This document shows positions 15,001 to 24,963 of a DNA stretch of 64,000 bases, piece by piece. The stretch is from Tubulanus polymorphus (Eukaryota; Animalia; Nemertea). The notes under the pieces are model-generated. The model was not told the origin of the DNA and did not search any database. It saw only the letters and a list, made by a program, of their open reading frames with translations. Every line of letters starts with the position of its first letter. The first letter of the stretch is position 1. The stretch spans positions 868,001 through 932,000 of the forward strand of contig NC_134031.1 in the NCBI RefSeq assembly GCF_964204645.1. The letters run 5' to 3'. A program made the translations under genes and the position numbers.

Positions 15001-16904
15001 ATTGCGAGCGTTGTAAGTAGTTTCACGATTCATTCATCGTGCCCTGATAGTTGTTCTAACTTTGTCGATAATCCCGAAACTTATTTTGCAGATCTTCATG
15101 AAATGATGAGCTCTTCCAATAGTAAACCGGTCCACTGTGACGGCACAACTTATCTCCAGTATCTCAACAGGATACACATAGGGTACGTATATCTGAAGGT
15201 ATATGGAGCCTGGACCCTCTATTCCCTCTGACATCCAAAGACCGATCGTCCACACTTCACATGTGTTCAGAATTTGACCTGAGACATTCTTAATTAAAGA
15301 TTAAATACAATCACTAAACATGAGATATTTTATCAGCGCACTTTCGTGTTATCGTCCAGACTTTAAGAGTAAATTCTGGAGGGTTTAGGGGCTGCAGATT
15401 GGTACCTTTATTAATACAAAAACACGTTAACGATACCTATTGTAGTATATATACCATTTATGATACCTATTTCAGTGAAAAAGGCCAGAAAGTCAATGAT
15501 TTCCGGGTTCGCCTAAAGACAAACTCTTCCAATGGCTTAGTTTTGATTCAGCATCAAGGGAAAACCGTCAATCAAGATTATTTGAGTTTGGCGATTAGAG
15601 ACGGATTCGTAGAACTAAGTTACAACTTGGGTAAAAATACAGTCGACGCGTTGTTCGTTTTGAAGTCTTCAATGAAGGTTGACGATGGAGTCTGGCATAC
15701 TATAATAGCTAAAAGGTAATTAGATAGGTAGATTATAAGTGACATAGTTCTCTGACTCGGCGGTGATTTAAGCAATTTAAATAAACTCATTTTAATGATA
15801 TCTACTGCAAGCACCACACGGCCCTACAATCCTGTGAACTTATATAATACCGCAGGTGACCTTAACCCCCGATACATTGAACTTAGTCCGCTGAAACGAC
15901 GTATCTTGAGATTGGTGGCAGCACCGTACGGTAATACATGTAGTGATGTCGTTGTTTAATTCGATTGTTACAGAGAGAAAAGGAAAAGCACGTTACAGAT
16001 CGATAATACAGAACCAGTAACTGATAGATCTGCTAAAGGAGCTTCACAGTTAGACACTAACTCATTTCTATGGATCGGTAACTATTTGACACATTCTACC
16101 ATCACACAGGGGCCTGGCACATATTTAGTGACCCCATAGTATCCTAGGTACCAAATCAACTGGTTTGGGTGAAACAATTTTTGTCAGTTCCCTCTGTAGT
16201 GTACTACATAAATGAACCATTTGGATCCGGTTGCATAGTAGCAGTAACATATCCAGTTCCAGAGTTTTGTATAAGTTTGACTCGTCAGTTAAAATCAGTC
16301 GATTGCAAAATGTTCGAATTCTTGATACAAATTGAAATCAGAACTGTGGAACTTCAGAGCTTTGGAAGTCTTCCTCGTAATAATCCGTAAATTTAAATAT
16401 CACTATCCTAGGACAGTTTTTAGGGGGGGGGGGTGTTTACGGGGCACACACTACTGTCTCCATCAATAAGACGTACCAAGATTTTGAAACCGGCACATTT
16501 TTTATACTCATCCCTTCAGAAATTGTATTCCTTCAGAAACATCTAACACGAATAGAGAAACCCCAGTTGTTAGAGTGGCTAACTGTTTGGGCTTAGAGCT
16601 GCCTTTTCTTCCTCCCATCATTCTGATTTTCCTTGCTCCAAACCCCACTTGTGGCCTTAAGGTTATGAGTTGCCTTTTCTTCCTCCGAGCCTTTAGATTT
16701 TACTAGCTCCAGCCCCTGTGTTGGATCTAATTGTTTGTTTGTGTGTGTTTTAAAGGTGGTATGAAACATTTACCCAGTGGATTTCCTCGTCAATATTCTC
16801 ACGGTTTTAATGGATGTATCGTCGAGGTTTTCATCGATGGAGAACGACTGGACTTGGTCAATAATCGCCAGAACCAAGTCACACTGGCTTTCTGTGATAA
16901 ATAA
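1..16904 (+). CDS. AGRN: Agrin, 3' portion (5' end lies upstream of the window): Cys-rich linker, 2 laminin-EGF, follistatin/Kazal, S/T linker, EB-like module, LamG1, EGF, truncated EGF, LamG2, EGF, LamG3
   Basis: Phase-compatible GT-AG exons: <1-49, 1031-1123, 1817-1978, 2385-2528, 3901-4125, 5268-5387, 7948-8073, 9507-9708, 10045-10257, 10342-10478, 11409-11516, 12089-12190, 12285-12413, 12831-12948, 13223-13334, 14537-14653, 14826-15012, 15092-15182, 15476-15715, 15974-16077, 16756-16904 (stop TAA). Agrin hallmarks: [39 protein letters not shown], Kazal [12 protein letters not shown]...[10 protein letters not shown] in two LamG domains, [10 protein letters not shown]...[14 protein letters not shown]. 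Confidence 0.95.
415..456 (+). ncRNA. Penelope-type minimal type-I hammerhead ribozyme motif, partly decayed
   Basis: attc-CTGAAGA-a-gac...gtc-GAAA-tgtt-gaat: helix I attc/gaat, helix II gac/gtc. More decayed relatives lie at 287-330 (-) and 63247-63282 (+). Confidence 0.5.
2127..2180 (+). ncRNA. Minimal type-I hammerhead ribozyme motif in an agrin intron
   Basis: CTGATGA-a-gctac...gtagc-GAA-AGCT-C: intact core, 5-bp helix II, palindromic helix III (AGCT); helix I is imperfect. Confidence 0.5.
3488..3788. mobile_element. MITE-like element, ~300 bp
   Basis: Terminal inverted repeats accgcgatcaca...tgtgatcgcggt, internal ttgacc/ggtcaa sub-repeats, no coding capacity. Confidence 0.55.
6529..6829. 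mobile_element. MITE (non-autonomous DNA transposon) in an agrin intron
   Basis: Perfect 12-bp TIRs caggggcggatc/gatccgcccctg flanked by a 7-bp direct repeat gtttaat (6522-6528 and 6830-6836). Confidence 0.85.
11899..12004. mobile_element. Short dispersed MITE family with ends like GGATCCAGTTCCACAGTT
   Basis: Imperfect TIRs cctgggtctagttccacagtt / aacccgtggatctggatcctgg. Related ends recur near 1515, 1755, 6205, 10777-10985, 11255, 16251-16355, 52321 and 63918. Confidence 0.65.
13541..13582 (+). CDS. AGRN: Candidate alternative 42-nt agrin exon ([14 protein letters not shown]) at the LamG2 y/A site
   Basis: tcaattttag|GGTCAT...CGCAAG|gtatca. Phase 0-0, frame-preserving, no stop, 7 of 14 residues K/R. 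It lies in the intron between ...RGKAP and GDLISLNL... Confidence 0.7.
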
Positions 16905-18767
16905 CCTACAGCGACGCTCGGTGGCGATCGACCACACTATAATTTACCTGTATCCTGGAATAACTCTTCATCGTCAAAATGACCATTTCGATTATCGTGT
17001 CTTTTATAGAAGGCTAGAATGTGGTGTAAAATGCTTAATCAGTTTGAACCAGTAGATCAAATCGGTTAACGTTAACCATTTTTTGAGTAACTGGCCACTG
17101 ATTTCATTTCGTCATATTTGAAATACGTTGCTTGTATCTAACAGTTGAGTTTGTATGTAGTGTGTATAAGATATTATAATGAGATGTATATAATTCTGAG
17201 AAGCTGCCATCTAGCGGACAAACGTGGCACTAAAACAAATTGAAATAGATAAACCAATTGAAATGAACATACATAGTGTGACGTCATAATACACGTGTAC
17301 ATACCCATCATCAAATATCTTTATAATTACTGTAATTAACTAAAAACAAATGATGAATAAATATCGATTATTATTAAATCTATGTCTTCGTTTTCGGAGT
17401 CTAAATTCATGGAACCAGAAATGTTGAAGCAGTGCAACTATCGTACTAGTATTCCGGTCAATCCATCCTCGCTTGCCAGGGGTCCGGTATCGCTCCCGAA
17501 CTCGCTTCCACCAGCGAAACGGCTTTAGCAGAGTGGGTTCGAATCCCCTGACGGGTGAAGATGGGCCAATAGGGTACACCTTGAAACATAGCTAGCTCGG
17601 TGGCAGCATCTTACTGTACGTCCCCTGGCGGGCATTCTGTGAAGTAATTGTGTGATACCGAAGGCTGACGATAGTTGTCCTCAATTTTGCCTAGTTCACT
17701 TAAACAGCACGCGAATTTGACGATGGCAGCACCGTACGGTACCCTACCGGAATTTCTGTGAACTAATGTAATTGTAGACTGGTTACCGGTTTCTATCTTC
17801 AATTTAGACTGGTTGCCTGTCCCATTCAATATATATATTCTAATTGAAGATAGAGACCGGTAACCAGTCTATCTTCAATTATGAATGGCTGAGAGGCAAC
17901 CAGTCTGGTAATTTTGTGTTTTTTTAACAGACGCTATTGCGGGACAGCAATCAGCTGTTTTCGTATATAGTCAACTAGAACAATTTCCGGGATATAATTC
18001 TGACTAACTGACATTCGGTTTCACTAAGTTCGACAATAGATTCGATGTAGGTTAAAACCAGCAGTTCATTGTCGCTGATGCCGAGTGATGGTCCCGATAC
18101 TTATGCGATCGCTGGGACCGTACAGTGCTGCCACCAAGTCTCGTTAGAATCTGAGAAATATGATCGATTATTTCGTAAAAAAAGCTGCTGATGCGCAACA
18201 TGGCGCAACATATTATACTACAATTAGTATCATCTACCTCTGGCAATCGAGGATGATGGAGAATGGAGAATTATTGGCTGATAAAGAATATTTTTTATTA
18301 TAACTTAAAATGAATAATGATTGCAGTATGTACAGTAGTTCACCAAGAATCTTAGTGTCTGATGTACCACAGGTGGTTACCACAGGATCGTAGATACACT
18401 GTGGAGACAGCCACACTGCCAGCACTGGGTGAAGTACAGTAGAAGCCCGATACAAAAAGTCCTGTAATATTACCCGAAATCAGAACTTGAATTTACAACG
18501 CGGACAATCCTAAGATATATAGTCAACTCCTTCATTCAAAATATCTCTCAGGGTAGGAATTCAATTGTATATACGATAAAATGTATAAACACAATATTAG
18601 TACAACTTTAATCGATGCCGCTTGTCAATGTATGGAAGTCTTAGTTAATTGTGTTGTAGCGTTTAAACTGCTTGAAAAAAATGGATTGATTATTCATTGA
18701 ATGACACGAAAATGTTTATTTGTTTTTTTTTTCACAATCACATGAGACACTTAATCAGATTTCATTC

Positions 18768-18989
18768 CAGTGGCGGATTTAGCCTACCGCACTTGCCGCT
18801 AATGCGGTAGTCAACATTTTTCCTCTAACAACATTTTATTCATTTCATGGATGGACTTGACTTAGCTGATTCCTTGGAAAAAAGTACCCATATTAAAACA
18901 GGATTTTTCTCTTCCAAAACCCAGGAAATGTCATCTCAGCCCTTTAAATTTTTCAAAATTATCATATTATGCCTCTGGATCCGCCACTG
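18768..18989. mobile_element. MITE inserted into the 3' coding end of GPCR copy 1
   Basis: TIRs cagtggcggat / atccgccactg with a flanking direct repeat cattc (18763-18767 and 18990-18994). It is absent at the matching site of GPCR copy 2 (~21650). Confidence 0.9.
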
Positions 18990-20045
18990 CATTCTACATT
19001 TCTTACCACGATGACAACTAAAACACAAGTTTCTAATCGTATCTCTAAACACGGGTAATGTACGTAAGTATATAAAGAAATTAATTCGGTAAACAAATTG
19101 ACGCTGGCCGTATAACAAAACCGTGCATACAAGATTGAATAGTCTCAAGGCACCGCGGACAGATGCACTGCGCGCTACAGTAACGGAGAAACCGTATAAT
19201 TCGTATGGAAAAACAACGACTACAAATATAAGAATCGTATAAAACATGGTTTTATTTGCGCTATTTAAGATTGTAGTTCCAGTAGCTCTATTACGTATTC
19301 GGGCGGTTAAACCGATTAGTACTAGAACCACTAAACACGGCACCAAGCCTCGAAAAAAAGATACAAGGCCAAGTGAAAGGAGCCAAACTCTAAGACTTGT
19401 ATAATGAGAAGAATACACGAGGAGGCTTTCACAACAAATTGTGTCATTTCCACAATTTCTGATAACAACAAGAACACCGCCATTATTAAGACTGCAACTC
19501 ACAAGGAACATTAGAAACACTACTACCCGTCTCCTTGAGTTAGTGACATGTTTTCGGTGAAAGAATGGCCACGCTATTGACAAATACCTCTCTACGGCGA
19601 TAGCAACTACGATCCAATTTGAGAAACCCTCTGATAAATAGCGTGTAATATTTCCTAATATCATTATGCATCCTTTATCCGTGTTAATATTAATTAAACG
19701 TGCGATCGATGCAAATCTTTTCAAGGATATTGAACACTGGTTTCCCGTTAAGATTCCTTGATAATGAATTGTACAATCGATGTTTACTATGTACAAATAT
19801 AATCGAATAAAGAAAAGGGGAAATTGGGTCAAACTATTTAGCACATAGACACCGTCAGAAACAGCCATCGTAAATAGATAGATGAAAGTCGCTCGAACTG
19901 AACGAAAATATCGACATTTGATCAGTGCAATGATCGTCAGCAAATTGAGCGCCAAAAACAGAGGATCAAAACTACAGATTAACGCATCCATGGCATAAAA
20001 AATATCAAACAAAATAGTCGCTGCGTTCCGTTCGAAACCCATCAC
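18936..20045 (-). CDS. Intronless class-A (rhodopsin-like) orphan GPCR, peptide-receptor/chemoreceptor-like, copy 1 (369 aa)
   Basis: Seven hydrophobic segments; TM1 N, TM2 MAVSD, TM3 VERYLSIAWPF, TM5 VPC, TM6 FP, TM7 INFFIY, helix 8 FR. Confidence 0.9.
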   Translation of the reverse strand: MMGFERNAATILFDIFYAMDALICSFDPLFLALNLLTIIALIKCRYFRSVRATFIYLFTMAVSDGVYVLNSLTQFPLFFIRLYLYIVNIDCTIHYQGILTGNQCSISLKRFASIARLININTDKGCIMILGNITRYLSEGFSNWIVVAIAVERYLSIAWPFFHRKHVTNSRRRVVVFLMFLVSCSLNNGGVLVVIRNCGNDTICCESLLVYSSHYTSLRVWLLSLGLVSFFRGLVPCLVVLVLIGLTARIRNRATGTTILNSANKTMFYTILIFVVVVFPYELYGFSVTVARSASVRGALRLFNLVCTVLLYGQRQFVYRINFFIYLRTLPVFRDTIRNLCFSCHRGKKCRMQWRIQRHNMIILKNLKG

Positions 20046-20517
20046 AGTAATACCCGGTGATACGTAGTAATATTTTCGTGTGGTCAGTGGTAAATACCGT
20101 AGTTTAACTCATTTGGATTTACAATATATCTAGAAATACGATCAGACGAAAGTTGCGCGAACAAAACGGAAACGACGATGTTTGATCAGTGAAACGACGT
20201 AGAGAGGATATAAACTTATAACTAGTGCTTCCGAGGCAAAATAAACACGTATCAATATAATCTGCAGTTTCCGTTCAAAACCCATCCGAGCAGTAACACC
20301 ACCTAATGGTGTATGTACTACGTCAGACTAGCGAACGTTAAACTGTTCAAGACACGTATGTAATTAGTAACCGATACATCACAGATCTATGAAACCAATT
20401 TTATTTTTAATTTAGGGCGCTTGTTAAAATAGTCATGCTTATTTTTGTAACTGGAAAATCGTGATATATTTTCTATATCCATTCATCATGTTTGCATGGC
20501 ACATGTTAAACTGGCTG

Positions 20518-21035
20518 TAGTGGATTCCCTCAAGTTTGCATCGATGGAGAACGACTCGATTTGGTCAACAATCGCCAGAAACCAGTCACACTGGCTTTCT
20601 GTCAGGTCGGAATCACATTTGCGTGACGTCCTAGCGATACATAGAAATGATCCCTAAAAGTATGATCTTGATAAATAGCCTACAGCGACGCGCGGCGGCG
20701 ATCGACCACACTATAATTTACCTGTATCCTGGAATAACTCTTCATCGTCGAAATGACCATTTCGATTATCGTTTCTTTTATAGAACGCTTGAACGTGGTG
20801 TAAAATGCTCAATCAATTTGAACAATAAAACACCAAAATGTCGGTTGTTAAAAAGTCGTCTGTCAACCAGCGAGTCAAATTAAACACACACAACTGTTGA
20901 AGTGCATCCTCGTGGTTTACATCGACCAACGTTAGAGTAACTGGACACTTATTTCATTTCGTCGTATTTGAAATAAGTTGCTTGTATCTAACAGTTGATT
21001 TTGTACGCAGTGTGTATAAGATATTATAATGAGAT
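20518..21035 (+). pseudogene. Duplicated fragment of the agrin terminal exon and 3' UTR
   Basis: Aligns to ~16775-17186 ([13 protein letters not shown].. VTLAFC, then UTR). It has a ~36-nt deletion, a 67-nt insertion (20603-20669), and lacks the original splice acceptor. Confidence 0.85.
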
Positions 21036-21642
21036 GCACGAATACGAATATCATCTACCCCTGGCAGTCGAGGATGATGGAGAATGGGAAATAATTGGAA
21101 CTGATGAAATATTTGTGAGAATTGATTCTTCATTATACCTTCAATAATTAATGATTCTTATATAAACAGTGAGATGTTTGATGGAGAAAACACTAAAATA
21201 CTTCCGATAATAAGTATTCGATAAGAGAAACAAGAAACGAATAAAGACCAAAAACGATTACCAAATACCGAATTGAATATGGCCGATTTATATCGTCAAA
21301 CTTGAAACAAACTCTCACATTAAACGAATCTCTCGGGATGCATTTTGACATACGATAACACGAATACATGTTTAAAGAAATGTCACCAAGAACATATAGA
21401 ATGGTATTCGGAAATAATATTTTAAAACTCTGCAAAAAAGATCGTGAAGTGAAGTTGCATTTGTCTTGATAATGAATTCAATAATAGTACAACTTTAATC
21501 AATGCAGCTTGTAAATGTATGGACGTCTTTTAGTAAATTGTGTTGTAGCATTTGAACTGCTTGAAATGAAGGATTGATGATTCATTGAACGACACGAAAA
21601 TGTTTATTTGGTTTTTTTTTCACAATCACAGGAGACACTTAA

Positions 21643-22704
21643 TCAGATTTCATTCTCTACGTATTTCTTACCACGATGACAACTAAAACACAAGTTTCTA
21701 ATCGTATCTCTAAACACGGGTAATGTACGTAAGTATATAAAGAAATTTTTTCGGTAAACAAATTTACGCTGGCCGTATAACAAAACCGTGCATACAAAAT
21801 TGAATAGTCTCAAGCTACTATTGACAGATGCACTACGTGCAACAGTAACGAGGAAAGCGTATAATTCGTATGGAAAAACAACGACTACAAATATAAGGAT
21901 CGTATAAAACATGGTTTTATTTGCGCTATTTGAGATTGTAGTTCCAGTAGCTCTATTACGTATTCGGGCGGTTAGAGTCATTAGAACTAGAACCACTAAA
22001 CACGGCACCAAGCCTCGAAAAAAACTAATAATAGCACTAGAAAAAAGTCGAGCATCTCGACCTTTATTAGTATACGTGAGGAGGGTTTCACAACAAATTG
22101 TGTTATTTCCACATTTTCCGATAACAACAAGAACACCGCCATCGTTGAGACTGCAACTCACAAGGAACATTAGAAACACTACTACCCGTCTCCTTGAGTT
22201 AGTGACATGTTGTCGGTGAAAGAATGGCCACGCTATTGACAAATACCTCTCCACGGCGAGACCAACTACGATCCAATTTGAGAAACCCTCTGATAAATAG
22301 CGTGTAATATTTCCTAATATCATTATGCATCCTTTATCCGTGTTAATATTAATTATACGAGCGATCGATGCAATTTTTTTCAAAGGTATTGAACACTGGT
22401 TTCCCGTTAAATCTCCTCGATAATGAATTGTACAATCGATGTTTACTATGTTCAAATATAATCGAATAAAGGAAAGGGGAAATTGGGTCAAACTATTTAG
22501 CACATAGACACCGTCAGAAACAGCCATCGTAAATAGATACACGAAAGTCGCTCGAACTGAACGGAAATAACGACATTTGATCAGTGCAATGATCGTAAGA
22601 AAATTAAGCGCGAAAAACAGAGGATCAAAACTACACATTAACGCATCCATGGCATAATATATGTCCATCAAAATAGCAATTGCGTTCAGATTGGAATCCA
22701 TCAT
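21643..22704 (-). CDS. Intronless class-A orphan GPCR, copy 2 (353 aa)
   Basis: Close paralog of 18936-20045 with the same motifs (MAVSD, VERY, NFFIY). Upstream sequence 22776-23035 is nearly identical to 20145-20400. Confidence 0.88.
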   Translation of the reverse strand: MMDSNLNAIAILMDIYYAMDALMCSFDPLFFALNFLTIIALIKCRYFRSVRATFVYLFTMAVSDGVYVLNSLTQFPLSFIRLYLNIVNIDCTIHYRGDLTGNQCSIPLKKIASIARIININTDKGCIMILGNITRYLSEGFSNWIVVGLAVERYLSIAWPFFHRQHVTNSRRRVVVFLMFLVSCSLNDGGVLVVIGKCGNNTICCETLLTYTNKGRDARLFSSAIISFFRGLVPCLVVLVLMTLTARIRNRATGTTISNSANKTMFYTILIFVVVVFPYELYAFLVTVARSASVNSSLRLFNFVCTVLLYGQRKFVYRKNFFIYLRTLPVFRDTIRNLCFSCHRGKKYVENEI

Positions 22705-23239
22705 CAGATATTACGTGTGGTCTGTGGTAAACACCGTAGGTTTACCGATCGAGATTTAGATTACAAAGAAAATTAGACGAAAGTTGCGCGAACAAAACGG
22801 AAACGACGATGTTTGATCAGTGAAACGACGTAGAGAGGATATAAACTTATAACTAGTGCTTCCGAGGCAAAATAAACACGTATCAATATAATCTGCAGTT
22901 TCCGTTCAAAACCCATCCGAGCAGTAACACCACCTAATGGTGTATGTACTACGTGATAGTAGCGAACGTTAAACTGTTCAAGACACGTAATTCATGTAAT
23001 TAGTAATCGATACATCACAGATCTATGAAACCAATCCTCAATTTCTACGTTTTAATCGGCGCAAAAAAGTAAAGGTTATTTTTGTATCTAGAAAGTCACG
23101 ATATATTTTCTCTGTTTATCCGAATTCATCGTACATCATTTAATGAAAATAACAACCTATAATTCTTCATACATAACTCGTACATCATAAACATGTGACG
23201 ATATCTATATACAATCTAAACACGGTATTTAAAATGAGA

Positions 23240-23960
23240 GAATTATGGTATAAATGGTCAAAGGATCTTTACCCCGATTGAAACGGAATTGACTTGATTG
23301 ACCATAACGAACTATATAATATTATACAATCGAAATATTCATTCCCAACAAGACAGCTTACAATCTAAACTGACATTTGTCCACGGTCATTAAAGCTATG
23401 AACGAATTAATGATAAATTATGAATTAACTCAGTTCATTCTTTTTCAATCATCGAAATTCTTAATGAGAGAACTTTACACAGCAAAATACGAAAAAAATC
23501 ATATTTGTCGATCTTATATTGTTTGGACAACTGCGCAGTTCCTGTTTAAGATACCGGTCGAAAATTGATAGTGGGAAAATTGTTCTTCACTAGAATGCTT
23601 TAATCTATTTACTGCTGATCTTCCCTCAGGTGAGATCTTTACACAAGTAAATGCATGTATTGTACCAAATACATTTTCTAAAACCTACGATAAAAACTTT
23701 ACCAATCACAAATTAATATAACAATCGTAAGATCCGTGTCTTTCTTGTCAATCATATGTCAGTCTATTCATATGTCTTCCAAAATAGACACGTCTTCTGA
23801 AAGATTATTAAATTCATAGCAAGTATTAGATTCTAATGGTATTCACCTCTATAATATGTCCCATTTCATATTACGTAGGGTGACAATTTCTTTGATCTTC
23901 ACTTCATGCCATTTTTTCAATGTCTGCGTATTTAAACTATAGCAACAAGTAGAGAACGAA
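23240..23960 (-). pseudogene. Decayed third copy (5' remnant) of the mosaic lectin receptor gene
   Basis: 23240-23300 matches intron 2 of copy B (~49255-49312). 23320-23960 matches the signal-peptide exon and upstream flank (36530-37190; 49810-50285), but the exon carries stops and a frameshift. Confidence 0.7.
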
Positions 23961-24963
23961 CAAATATGCACTCGTATTTTTCAAAAAGTAGTTTTAATGT
24001 TTCTGTGACAAGCACATTCGGCGAAAATATTGAAGTCGCAACGCATTCAAACAGTCAACCACGAGTTTTACGAATTATTAATAGCTTTTGTCTACTAATT
24101 TAATAGTCGAAGTCACCGGAAGTCGGGATTGTTTTATAAGCACGTGCTTCCATTGGATGTCGTTTCTAATATACATGTAATATACATAGCCTAAGCACAG
24201 GGGAAGGATGAGGCGATCCTGGAGGACAAATCAGAAAAACAGCTCTACATTTCTGTAGATACCACAAACTAGCTTTCAGAAAAATCGGAGGAAATTTCTT
24301 GGACAACAAAATACATGTATCTTAACGACCATGTTATTACAAGCATTTTTATCGTATACACAGCGTCCCCATTCTCACCAACTTACAAAACTAAATTGAA
24401 GTCTTTCGCATGTTAAAAATTTATCAGAGAAAGTAACCATAAAATTGTTCATAAATCGGATATTTTAATGGTAAAAACTCATGTGATGATATGTGAATAC
24501 AACTTGAATACGGTGTTTGTGTCTTGGTAAAAAATTAAGAGCAAAAACAAAACAAGGGATAGGAAGCCAGTTTTAGGCAGATTTCGATTGAACGCGTCAT
24601 CACCGTGAAGAAATGTTGTAATGTCTATTGACACTGATGTCTTTCCCAATCGAGAAACGACTTTTATCTTTATAGTCCTTCTTTTACAAACACCGGACTG
24701 TTATCATCTTCATAACCTTTCTACAACTCTAATCATCTTTACAGTCCTTTTACGATACTAGACTCTTATCATCTTTATCGGACAAGCCTTAACTAACCTG
24801 TCTCAACGAGAGTCAAAAACCCACACGACGAGACATGGCTGAACGCGTCAAGATCCAAACAAAGACTGCTACGCTGATTACACGTGACCAGTGTGAAAAA
24901 AGAACAATTGAAACCTGCCTAATTATAAGCGTGCTTGCATGTAGATGTAAAAAGGCGACAATT

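Noticed and set aside
15183-15475. Possible z-site micro-exons
   Set aside because: The AG..GT candidates are either 32 nt (frameshift) or 9 nt with an in-frame stop.
16777-17055. Similar ORFs here and at 20647-20883 suggesting a small gene family
   Set aside because: They are off-frame readings of the agrin last exon/3' UTR and of its duplicate.
17500-17570. tRNA-like B-box ggttcgaatccc (also near 4367)
   Set aside because: No cloverleaf or properly spaced A-box; at most SINE debris.
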